Assembly: GCA_964448115.1 (NCBI GenBank)
Contig: CAYUVA010000001.1
Span: 124,001-177,279, forward strand
Direction: 5' to 3'
DNA: 53,279 bases
Source of the DNA: an uncultured bacterium
GTDB taxonomy: Bacteria > CAYUVA01
This document shows, piece after piece, positions 9,195 to 17,243 of the stretch. Positions within the stretch are counted from its first letter, which is position 1, and each line of letters begins with the position of its first letter. The notes under the pieces are model-generated. The model was not told the DNA's origin. It did not search any database and saw nothing but the letters and a program-made list of their open reading frames with translations. Both the position numbers and the translations under genes were made by a program.

Positions 9195-10244
9195 CTATCT
9201 CTCACCTCCGTGGTCGGAATTATTATCATTTTCATCATTCGGTGCCTCCTTGGGGTTATGGTTCTCAATCTTATGCTCCAACTCCTCCTCAAATAATTCG
9301 TCATCGCCAGCTGTATCTTTTGATGCCCGTGATATGATATCGCTAAGGTCTTTCACCGTGCTAGGGGTCATATTTTCTTCTACCTCGGAAAGTTCTTTAC
9401 TTATCTCCTTTTTTTGGTCGCTCTTGACGCGCTTGGAGACCGAGACAAGGGCGGGCCTGAGTAGCTTGCCGTTTAACAGGTATCCTTTTTGAAAAACCTC
9501 GACAATGATATTGTCATCCAACTCGGTAGATTCCACCTGCATCAGCACCTCGTGTCGGTTGGGATCGAACTCTTTCCCCTCATCGGTGAATTCTTCGACG
9601 CCGAAGTCCTTCAGTACCTTCAGGAACTGTCCGAGGATCAGCTTCATCCCCTCGACAACGGTATCTATATCCCTAGATTTTAATGTGCTATCAATGCCTC
9701 TATATATATTGTCAAGAACGGGCAGGAATCCCTGAAGCACCTCTCTATTTGCCATTGATATATATTCAGTGCGCTCCCTGGCTAGCCTCTTCTTGTAGTT
9801 CTCGAATTCTGCCTTGAGCCTGAGCATCTGGTCATAATAGGCTTGTCTCTGGCTTTCCTTTTCCCTTGCCAGCGATTCCAGTCTCCTAAGCTCCTCTGGA
9901 TTAAAGAATAGCTCATCCTCGCTGATATTGGTAACAGTAATCTTATGCTCGGTTATTTTATCAACCTTTGAGGCTTGTTTTTTCCCATTGCCGCTGTTTT
10001 CCTTGCTGATCTCCTGCATGGATTCCTTGATCATCTCATCAGGGGATTCATCGGATGGTATAGTATATCTACCGGATTCAGCTTCGCCCTTATCGTCTTT
10101 AGCGATCTCCTCAAGGGAGCTATTTATCATATCATCAGGAGATTCGCCTGCTTCATCTTCAACCTGGTAATATGATTTATCGGGCTTATCTGCTTTATTT
10201 TTCCCTGAGTTTTCCTTTTTATCCTTGTCGTCCTTGTCGCTCAT
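9195..10244 (-). CDS. grpE: Nucleotide exchange factor GrpE with long acidic N- and C-terminal extensions (ATG 10244 preferred over GTG 10274)
   Basis: LRLKAEFENYKKR, LPVLDN, FDPNRHE, QKGYLLNGKLLRPALVSV; abuts dnaK. Confidence 0.93.
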   Translation of the reverse strand: MSDKDDKDKKENSGKNKADKPDKSYYQVEDEAGESPDDMINSSLEEIAKDDKGEAESGRYTIPSDESPDEMIKESMQEISKENSGNGKKQASKVDKITEHKITVTNISEDELFFNPEELRRLESLAREKESQRQAYYDQMLRLKAEFENYKKRLARERTEYISMANREVLQGFLPVLDNIYRGIDSTLKSRDIDTVVEGMKLILGQFLKVLKDFGVEEFTDEGKEFDPNRHEVLMQVESTELDDNIIVEVFQKGYLLNGKLLRPALVSVSKRVKSDQKKEISKELSEVEENMTPSTVKDLSDIISRASKDTAGDDELFEEELEHKIENHNPKEAPNDENDNNSDHGGER

Positions 10245-10291
10245 TTCAAGATCTCTTGAGTTCCCGATTAACACATCATCCGAAATTGAAT

Positions 10292-10320
10292 ATATTATAA
10301 TAAGATAAAAGACTAGTCAA
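10292..10320 (-). promoter_or_regulatory. Candidate sigma70 promoter for grpE-dnaK
   Basis: TTGACT followed by TATAAT (15-nt spacer) or TAATAT (17-nt spacer); no CIRCE element seen. Confidence 0.4.
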
Positions 10321-10508
10321 CGGATCATTCAAGGAACAATTCAGCCACCCTCGATCCCAGGATATCTTTATCTCTTCATCCTTTCCTGCTGCTCTCATGG
10401 TTCATCATCTGCATATTCACAGCATTATAACCCCTTCCCCTTCATATCTACATTAAAACGATTGATTAAGCAAATCTCCTGGTGAAGATGATGGTTCCAA
10501 ATTTGCGG

Positions 10509-11231
10509 TCAGGTATGCTTGTCCCTGTTTTTAAGTTCTCTTCTGAAGCGGATCAGGTTCTTAAAATAAAGATATGAATCACGCCAGAGCTTAACCGTGC
10601 TTTGCACATCCAGCCTCCTGGAAAACAGGGTGGGTATCTCCTCTATACGAAGCCCGGCTCGCTCTGCACGCACCATTATCTCCGTGTCCCAGAACCAGTG
10701 CTGGTCGCGGCATTGTTTCAGGATAGGCAATATCTTCTCTCTATTGAAGAACTTGCAGCCGGTCTCGGTATCCTTGAGCCTCGTTTTAAGCATGATGCGG
10801 GTGAGTTCATGGTATCCCTTGCCGGTTATGAAGCGAAGCAAGGAGTGAAAGTGAAACTTGTAAATGCGCCACGCAGTTGCTATATCAGCTCCATTGAGCA
10901 CCCTTTGAACCATAAGCGGAATATAGTGCGCCGGGGTCTCCAGATCGATATCGATGAATCCTACTATAGTGCCGCGGGCATCAAGAATCCCATCGGTTAC
11001 AGCGCCACCTCGCCCGGTATTGCGCTTGTGAAAAATGTAACGCATGTCCTTGTATTGCCCAACCAGAGCCTTGATGATCTCCCGCGTATTATCCTTACTT
11101 TTATCATCGACCAAGATAACCTCGTAACTGTAACGGGTCGCATCGAGCACGCTAGTTATCTCTCTAATGCTCTCGGCGAGGATAGGCTCCTCGTTGTAGC
11201 AGGCGATTACAAGGGAAAGGTCTTTGGTCAT
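10509..11231 (-). CDS. Glycosyltransferase family 2 (dolichyl/polyprenyl-phosphate sugar synthase-like)
   Basis: SLVIACYNEE, VDDKSKD, NTGRGGAV, FIDIDL (DxD), DTETGCKFF, WFWDTEI. Confidence 0.9.
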   Translation of the reverse strand: MTKDLSLVIACYNEEPILAESIREITSVLDATRYSYEVILVDDKSKDNTREIIKALVGQYKDMRYIFHKRNTGRGGAVTDGILDARGTIVGFIDIDLETPAHYIPLMVQRVLNGADIATAWRIYKFHFHSLLRFITGKGYHELTRIMLKTRLKDTETGCKFFNREKILPILKQCRDQHWFWDTEIMVRAERAGLRIEEIPTLFSRRLDVQSTVKLWRDSYLYFKNLIRFRRELKNRDKHT

Positions 11232-11237
11232 GTCGTT

Positions 11238-12257
11238 TTATTTGAGGTCGAAGTCGGTCAAAACTTCCTCGGTAGTCAAGGGGATGCCATATATAATGAG
11301 TTTAGTTATAGTCTTTAGCGGACCAATGCCTCTGCAATACCAGGAGTCAATCTGAAGCTCAGCATTGCCAGAGCCGGATAATGCACTTGTATAGGTTCGA
11401 TATGTATCGTTGCGGAAGTAGCCAGCCGGTGTGAAGACCGGTTCGGCTCCTATAACTGTGGTAGTGCCGGCGAAATGATAGGTCTGCCCCTGTCCGTACT
11501 CCATGATAGCAACATACTGCCACGAGTCTCCAGGTTGAAAGAAATTCTTTACCAGCAAGCTGCCATTGGTGCCGGCTGCACCATAGTCGATAGGATTATT
11601 CCCCACCGTGGTTCGCTTGATCCAGACCGTGCCGGACTCACTTTCCGGGATCAGGTAGGTGAATCCGCCCTGTTCAGGTTGATCCGGGGTTATCGTCTGT
11701 AACTTGCGGCATAGCTTGCCATCGACTAGCTCCTCGCCGATAACGCTCTTTATGCTCTCGATGGTTATACCGAAGCTCTTCAGGTTCATCTCCCAGACAT
11801 CCCCATCATCAAGCGGATAGAAGGGGTGATACCCCTGGCAGTCAGTGCTGAAGCGAAACGAGGTTACCCCCAGCGGACCCATCGGATCCATCGTCCCCGG
11901 CCACAGAAATGCGCAGTACCACCTGAAGGTATCGACCGGAACTCCTTCGGGAACATAGAAGGTAAACAGCGGCGCCTCGATGTCTATCCCACCGGGGAGC
12001 TGCAAGGGGATGACGGTGAATTCATCCTTGAAGTCAGGGTAAAAATATAGTTTGTCAAAGGCTTCCAGCGCGAGAACGAAATCGAGATCCACCGCTAGCC
12101 CATCGTTCTTTACATGACACATGAGTATATGATCCTGCCCCGGCTGGATGCAGTGCTGGTGCATCCAGATCTCTATCTGCGGTGCGCCATATACGCTAGT
12201 ATAAAGGCTAAGCAGCCCCAGTATTGCTATCGTTAACCCAAGATATCGCATGGCCAT
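11238..12257 (-). CDS. Secreted two-domain hypothetical protein; C-terminal half DUF3108/TapB-like
   Basis: Signal peptide. The C-half has the FYPL..GDVW, VFTPAGYF and WYCRGIGPLK pattern typical of beta-sheet DUF3108-like proteins. Confidence 0.65.
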   Translation of the reverse strand: MAMRYLGLTIAILGLLSLYTSVYGAPQIEIWMHQHCIQPGQDHILMCHVKNDGLAVDLDFVLALEAFDKLYFYPDFKDEFTVIPLQLPGGIDIEAPLFTFYVPEGVPVDTFRWYCAFLWPGTMDPMGPLGVTSFRFSTDCQGYHPFYPLDDGDVWEMNLKSFGITIESIKSVIGEELVDGKLCRKLQTITPDQPEQGGFTYLIPESESGTVWIKRTTVGNNPIDYGAAGTNGSLLVKNFFQPGDSWQYVAIMEYGQGQTYHFAGTTTVIGAEPVFTPAGYFRNDTYRTYTSALSGSGNAELQIDSWYCRGIGPLKTITKLIIYGIPLTTEEVLTDFDLK

Positions 12258-12347
12258 TGTATTTGTACCTCTTAACTTTACAGGTTCTTTTACAATTCGT
12301 ATTCTATATTAGCAGATAGACATCAATATTCCAGCAGCAGATGGAAT

Positions 12348-12363
12348 TGGCAATGCATTTGCG
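12348..12363 (+). promoter_or_regulatory. Candidate sigma54 promoter upstream of the acyltransferase
   Basis: TGGCAAT-GCAT-TTGCG with exact GG-N10-GC spacing. A sigma70-like TTGATA-16-TATAAT also lies at 12381-12408. Confidence 0.35.
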
Positions 12364-12417
12364 AATCGATCCTTTTGCGGTTGATATTCATCGATTGCAG
12401 GCTATAATTCCTTACTT

Positions 12418-13317
12418 ATGAAAGCCATTGGAGACCTCTTCGAGTACTATGGTGCACTTACTCTTAGGTTAATAGCCAGGATACTGCCATATCACTTGCT
12501 CCAGCGGTTAGGTAAGTACATCGGGCTGATCGTTTACTATATCTTTCCAGTGCGCAAAAAGATCGTAAAGAGAAACCTCGATATAGCATTTCCTGGATTA
12601 TCGAATAAGCAACGCAAGCGCATGATCCGAAAAACATATATTAATCTTGTGGTTACCATTCTGGAGGGGCTTAAGATACCTTACCTAGGGGATAGATTCT
12701 TTAAAGACATGATCCAGGCAGAGGGCTTCGAGGTGCTCGATGAACTTAAAAAACAGGGAAAGGGAGCTATTTTGGTCGGTGGGCACCTGGGCAACTGGGA
12801 GCTTAATGCTGTCTATATCGCACACCTAGGCTATCCATTATCGGTCATAGCCAGGCCATTGCATAATAGCCTTACTGATGCGCTCATTACCAAGATCCGC
12901 CATGTCCAGGGGCTTGAGATAATACCGGTAGGGATAGCGGTGAAGAAAGCCCTCAAAAGGCTGCGTGAGAACCGATTTGTCGGCTTTGTAATGGATCAAG
13001 ACGCCCGAAAGGACGGGGTGTTCATAGAGTTCTTCAATAAACCAGCCTCCACTGCGATTGGCCCCGCTACTTTTGCCTGGCAGACCGACCTCCCTATCGT
13101 ATTCTGCCATGCTTTTCGTGCCTACAATGGAAAACACCATCTCCAGGTTGACCAGCCTATATTTATGGATAAATCAAGGGATAGGCATGATGAGATCCTG
13201 AGGGTAACCAGGCTTTACACGAAACGGCTCGAGGAGGTTATCAAGGAGCATCCCGAACAATACTTCTGGTTCCACAACCGATATCGGACACAGAAAGACT
13301 TCAGGCGTGAGGCTTGA
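12418..13317 (+). CDS. lpxL: Lipid A lauroyl/myristoyl acyltransferase family (HtrB/LpxL)
   Basis: GHLGNWE (HxxxxE), VMDQD, FFNKPAST, PEQYFWFHNRY. Confidence 0.85.
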   Translation: MKAIGDLFEYYGALTLRLIARILPYHLLQRLGKYIGLIVYYIFPVRKKIVKRNLDIAFPGLSNKQRKRMIRKTYINLVVTILEGLKIPYLGDRFFKDMIQAEGFEVLDELKKQGKGAILVGGHLGNWELNAVYIAHLGYPLSVIARPLHNSLTDALITKIRHVQGLEIIPVGIAVKKALKRLRENRFVGFVMDQDARKDGVFIEFFNKPASTAIGPATFAWQTDLPIVFCHAFRAYNGKHHLQVDQPIFMDKSRDRHDEILRVTRLYTKRLEEVIKEHPEQYFWFHNRYRTQKDFRREA

Positions 13318-13320
13318 GGG

Positions 13321-13653
13321 GGTAAGAAGTTCGAACCATGTTACCAAACATTAATCCTCATACTGCCCTACTGCATCGAAGAATGGATTCCTCCTGAACA
13401 CGATGCTAGGTTAATCAGGGCTTTCGTTGAACAACTCGACCTATTAGAACTCAGTTTCATAGAAGGGGTTATTGATGCCTTATATTTTATCAAGGAGTCA
13501 GGGGGGATGACTTGCTTGTACTCGGTTAGTGGGTTAAGATATCTTTCGTGGAGACATTTTGTTTTATTGATAGCAATTTTGAGTTGTTCTATGATCATGT
13601 CAGTAAAAACATGAGCACCTTGGGGTTCAAGTATAAGTTTCTGAGACAGACTC
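13321..13653 (+). mobile_element. IS1182-family transposase remnant (N-terminal fragment plus probable right terminal repeat)
   Basis: Start-less + frame reads LILPYCIEEWIPPEHDARLIRAFVEQLDLLELSF, resembling the IS1182 N-terminus (LLPPSxEEWxPxxHxARxxxxxVExLDL). TTTCTGAGACAGACTC at 13638-13653 resembles IS1182-type ends as I recall them. Confidence 0.7.
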
Positions 13654-13766
13654 CAGCAGTAGAGGGCGGTGGGGGGGGAGGGTCTTATTGTACCTATAAG
13701 TAAATAGCATCAGGATTTAGGTTTGAGACAAGAAATTAAATGAATATAATCAAAAAAGGTGATACG

Positions 13767-14537
13767 ATGAGAAGAGTTTTTAGCATAGTTTACATAGCTT
13801 TGCTCATACTTGGCACCCTTGAGCTAGTCTTCGCCACCAACGATCAGGATCGCATACGGGCTGCCCTGGAGGTTATGACCGGCGATGATATGTTCAAGAT
13901 TTCCGAAGCCATCAAAGAGCTTATCTCCATAGGTTCTCCAGCAGTCCCTGTACTGATCGAGAACCTCGACCACAAAGCCAGAGATGTCAGAGCCGGCTGC
14001 GTTGAGGCGCTAGGCAAAATAAAGGACAAAAGAGCCTACCAGCCACTGGTCGATATGCTACACAAGCTCGGTCCTCACCCCAAGTACGCCGAGACCTTCG
14101 CCGATGAGTACATTCGCATCATGACCATCAAGGCACTAGGCGACCTGGGCGTCCCCGATGCTATCGGCGAGCTAGGCAAGGTGCTGGACAGCCCCAACGA
14201 GTACGACCGCACCTGGGCGCTAGTATCGATGGTAAAGCTGGGCAACGATGAGGCATATCAAAAACTGCTCGATCAACTGAAAAGCTCCAATCAGGATATC
14301 CGCAACATCGTCTGCCAGCAGCTAGGAGAGCTTGGGCGCATCGATGCGGTGCCATATCTTATCAAGATGCTCTCCGACGAGAAATGGTTCGTGCGCGACT
14401 CGGCGGTTATCTCGCTAGGGAAACTCGGCGACCCATCAGCGCTTGAAGCCCTGCAAGGGATGCTCGAGGACAAGAATGCCTTCGTCAAGCGAAGCGCCCA
14501 AAAAGCCATTGATAGAATAAAACGAGCAAGGCAATGA
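13767..14537 (+). CDS. Exported HEAT/PBS-lyase repeat protein (ATG 13767 preferred)
   Basis: Signal-peptide-like N-terminus; repeated VR..AxxALGKL/I..AVPxLIxxL units; AAAGGTGA RBS. Confidence 0.88.
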   Translation: MRRVFSIVYIALLILGTLELVFATNDQDRIRAALEVMTGDDMFKISEAIKELISIGSPAVPVLIENLDHKARDVRAGCVEALGKIKDKRAYQPLVDMLHKLGPHPKYAETFADEYIRIMTIKALGDLGVPDAIGELGKVLDSPNEYDRTWALVSMVKLGNDEAYQKLLDQLKSSNQDIRNIVCQQLGELGRIDAVPYLIKMLSDEKWFVRDSAVISLGKLGDPSALEALQGMLEDKNAFVKRSAQKAIDRIKRARQ

Positions 14538-14543
14538 TATTCA

Positions 14544-14567
14544 TTGTGCCTTAGTGCCTTTGTGGTT
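14544..14567. repeat. Dispersed 8-nt-periodic intergenic repeat, copy 1
   Basis: Reverse complement AACCACAAAGGCACTAAGGCACAA is similar to copies at 19752 and 33606. Confidence 0.6.
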
Positions 14568-14597
14568 AAACAACCCTCAAGCCCCAAGACACTTCTG

Positions 14598-15908
14598 TCA
14601 ATCTAAGCCGGGGATGATCTTCACCAGGTCATTATAGAGTACTAGCGCGGCAAGGAGCAAAAGGAGGAATATTCCCACCCGCAAGGCTCGCTCCTTGACC
14701 TTCAAGCTAATCTTTCGCCTGATTATCGCCTCGATGAGTAGAAAGCAGATGTGCCCGCCATCGAGCACCGGTATCGGGAATAGATTGATAATCGCCAAAT
14801 TAAGGCTGATCATTGCAATGGTCAATAGATAAACAGTTAGCCCTTCTTTTGCAGCCTCACCGGTGATCTTGGCGATTATGATCGGTCCCCCTATATTCTC
14901 TAGCGATTCCTTGCCGCTTAGCAATCGTCCCAGGAAACGGAAGATATCCGTTGTCATCCTGAAGGTGCCCAGGGTCCCTTTTTTCAGCGACTCAACTATG
15001 CCATAGCGGACATGGCGTGAGTCCTGGTAATGCCAGATGCCGATGACGACCTTGTCGCGCTTCTCATCATACAAAGGTGTAAGGTTGAGATCGATGACCT
15101 GATCATCCCTTTTTATCTTAAGATTTGTTGTCTTATTCGCCCTGGTCTTGAGCACATCAGCCATCTGCAAGAAATGGTGCACTGGCACATGGTTCACCGA
15201 AAGCACTACATCCCCTTGTTTGATCCCCGCTTTATGTGCTGGTCCGTCTTTAATAATATCATCGATGCGGGTGCTCATCGGCGGCGAGAAGCCTGGAAAC
15301 TCGACCTTCTCGATATCTTCCGGGATGGGTATATCATAGGTTGTTATGCTATTATTGTTATCCATTGCCTTGACCTTGAAGACATGGTCTGATTCGAGCG
15401 TCCTGAAGCTATTGAAGACCTTTCGCCATGTCTTAACCGGCTGGTCATCGACCGATACGATACGCCAACCAGGCTGCATCCCAGCCTCCATAGCTGGCGA
15501 GCCTTCAACGACATAATCGATGACCGGCGGTTCATCGTAGAATACGGGCTGAGCTGTTCCTATTATATAAACTGCAATAAAGATCACCCAGGCGGACAGG
15601 AAGTTGAACAGCGGTCCGGCAAAAAAGGTCATAAACTGCACCGGCTTTGTGCGCGAGGTTAGCTCCCAGTCAGCGCCGGTTGTCTCCTCGAAGGGATTTT
15701 CTCCGGGTATCTTAACATAGCCCCCGAACGGGATGGCAGAGATGCGGTAGTCGGTTTCACCATACTTGAATCCTATCAGGCGTTTGCCGAAGCCGATGGA
15801 GAAGACATCGACCCTGGTGCCGGATAGCTTGGCCACGGTAAAATGCCCCAGCTCATGGATAAATATCATAAAGCCCAAGGCTATTATAAAAGCGATAGTA
15901 GTAACCAT
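14598..15908 (-). CDS. rseP: RIP metalloprotease RseP
   Basis: HELGH zinc motif, two PDZ domains, NLFPIPVLDGGH; directly downstream of dxr. Confidence 0.96.
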   Translation of the reverse strand: MVTTIAFIIALGFMIFIHELGHFTVAKLSGTRVDVFSIGFGKRLIGFKYGETDYRISAIPFGGYVKIPGENPFEETTGADWELTSRTKPVQFMTFFAGPLFNFLSAWVIFIAVYIIGTAQPVFYDEPPVIDYVVEGSPAMEAGMQPGWRIVSVDDQPVKTWRKVFNSFRTLESDHVFKVKAMDNNNSITTYDIPIPEDIEKVEFPGFSPPMSTRIDDIIKDGPAHKAGIKQGDVVLSVNHVPVHHFLQMADVLKTRANKTTNLKIKRDDQVIDLNLTPLYDEKRDKVVIGIWHYQDSRHVRYGIVESLKKGTLGTFRMTTDIFRFLGRLLSGKESLENIGGPIIIAKITGEAAKEGLTVYLLTIAMISLNLAIINLFPIPVLDGGHICFLLIEAIIRRKISLKVKERALRVGIFLLLLLAALVLYNDLVKIIPGLD

Positions 15909-15911
15909 GTT

Positions 15912-17075
15912 CTATTGCAATTCCTTTAAATTGTATTTAGTTTGATTTATCATCTGCATAACAGCCTGGATATCTTCCACCGGCTGTGGTTGGTGGTCTT
16001 GAAGCTGCTTTCTTGTAATCTCGACTATGCGGTTGAAAGGGATCCTGCCGCTCAAGAAACCGTTGACCGCCATGCTATTGGTAGTGCAAAGGGTGATCAG
16101 TCCGCTTGTTCCCTTGGAAAAAGCCTCGCTGGCAAGCGAGAGAGTGGAGTGCTTATCGCCCGCTACCGGCTCTAGATATAATGGTATCGGCTTATTAAGA
16201 TCGATCTCATTGCCAACCGTCGAGCTTGCTCTTAGTGGATAAAACAAGGCATAAGCAACGGACGACCTCATATCCGCAGGGGCGACATGCGAGATCATGA
16301 CACCATCCTTGAGCAACAACAAAGCGTGGATCAGGCTCTGTGGCTGGATCATTACCTTGATCATGCTCGGCTCCAGGTCGAAAAACAGGCAAGCCTCTAT
16401 GATCTCGAAGACCTTGTTCATCCAGGTGGCAGAATCTACCGAGATCTTGGGTCCCATCTGCCAGACCGGGTGATCCAGCGCCATTTCGGGAGTGATCTTG
16501 TCGAGCGATTCAATCTTTTGATCCTTGAACGGTCCCCCGGAGCCAGTGATGATAATCCCTTTAAGATCCAAAGGATCTATCGACCTTACAAGTTGATGCA
16601 ATGCACAGATCTCGCTATCCACCGGGATTATGGTGCTGCCCGAACTCGAAGCAGCCTCAAGGAGCAGTCCGCCGGCTAAGAGCATCGCCTCCTTTGATGC
16701 AAGGGCAATATCTATCCCTTTCTCGGCAGCCTTGTAGGTCGGCATCAGGGATGCTTGATCCGAGATAGCCATAAACATGAGATCCATCTCGTAGTCATCG
16801 ATTACCTCTTCAAGTCCCCCCGCACCCTGGTAAAGTTTGCACGAGTCTAGCCGTTCTAGCTCACTTGCATGTTCCTTGGCTGCCTGTTGGGAGGCGATTA
16901 CGCAGGCTTGGGGCTTGAACTCCTGGGACAGCTCCATGAGTCGTTTCACCCTGGTGTTGGTGGTTATAAAGATAACCTGGAAGTTATCCCTGAATCTTCT
17001 TATTACATCGAGCGCAGCCGATCCGATCGCGCCGGTTGCCCCGAAGATACCGATCTTCTTTGGTGTCCTTGTCAT
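15912..17075 (-). CDS. dxr: 1-deoxy-D-xylulose-5-phosphate reductoisomerase (divergent)
   Basis: GATGAIG, PVDSE, TGSGGPF, HPVWQMGPKISVDSATWMNK..E..E; conserved dxr-rseP synteny. Confidence 0.9.
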   Translation of the reverse strand: MTRTPKKIGIFGATGAIGSAALDVIRRFRDNFQVIFITTNTRVKRLMELSQEFKPQACVIASQQAAKEHASELERLDSCKLYQGAGGLEEVIDDYEMDLMFMAISDQASLMPTYKAAEKGIDIALASKEAMLLAGGLLLEAASSSGSTIIPVDSEICALHQLVRSIDPLDLKGIIITGSGGPFKDQKIESLDKITPEMALDHPVWQMGPKISVDSATWMNKVFEIIEACLFFDLEPSMIKVMIQPQSLIHALLLLKDGVMISHVAPADMRSSVAYALFYPLRASSTVGNEIDLNKPIPLYLEPVAGDKHSTLSLASEAFSKGTSGLITLCTTNSMAVNGFLSGRIPFNRIVEITRKQLQDHQPQPVEDIQAVMQMINQTKYNLKELQ

Positions 17076-17243
17076 TGCAATGCCATGCCTAAATGCCTTT
17101 TCTTTTTAGGCGAACATCCCTGTAAAGTCAAACAAGTACTCTAACAAAGCTATTCTGTGCTTCTTGTAAAAATGGTAATTATATGGTATCTAGGAAAAGC
17201 AGGGATAAGAGTGCCTGGTTAATACCGCATCTTTGACCATGGG

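Noticed and set aside
17075-17092. sigma54-like AGGCATGGCATTGCA before dxr
   Set aside because: The GG-GC spacing is 9 rather than 10 and it abuts the start codon.
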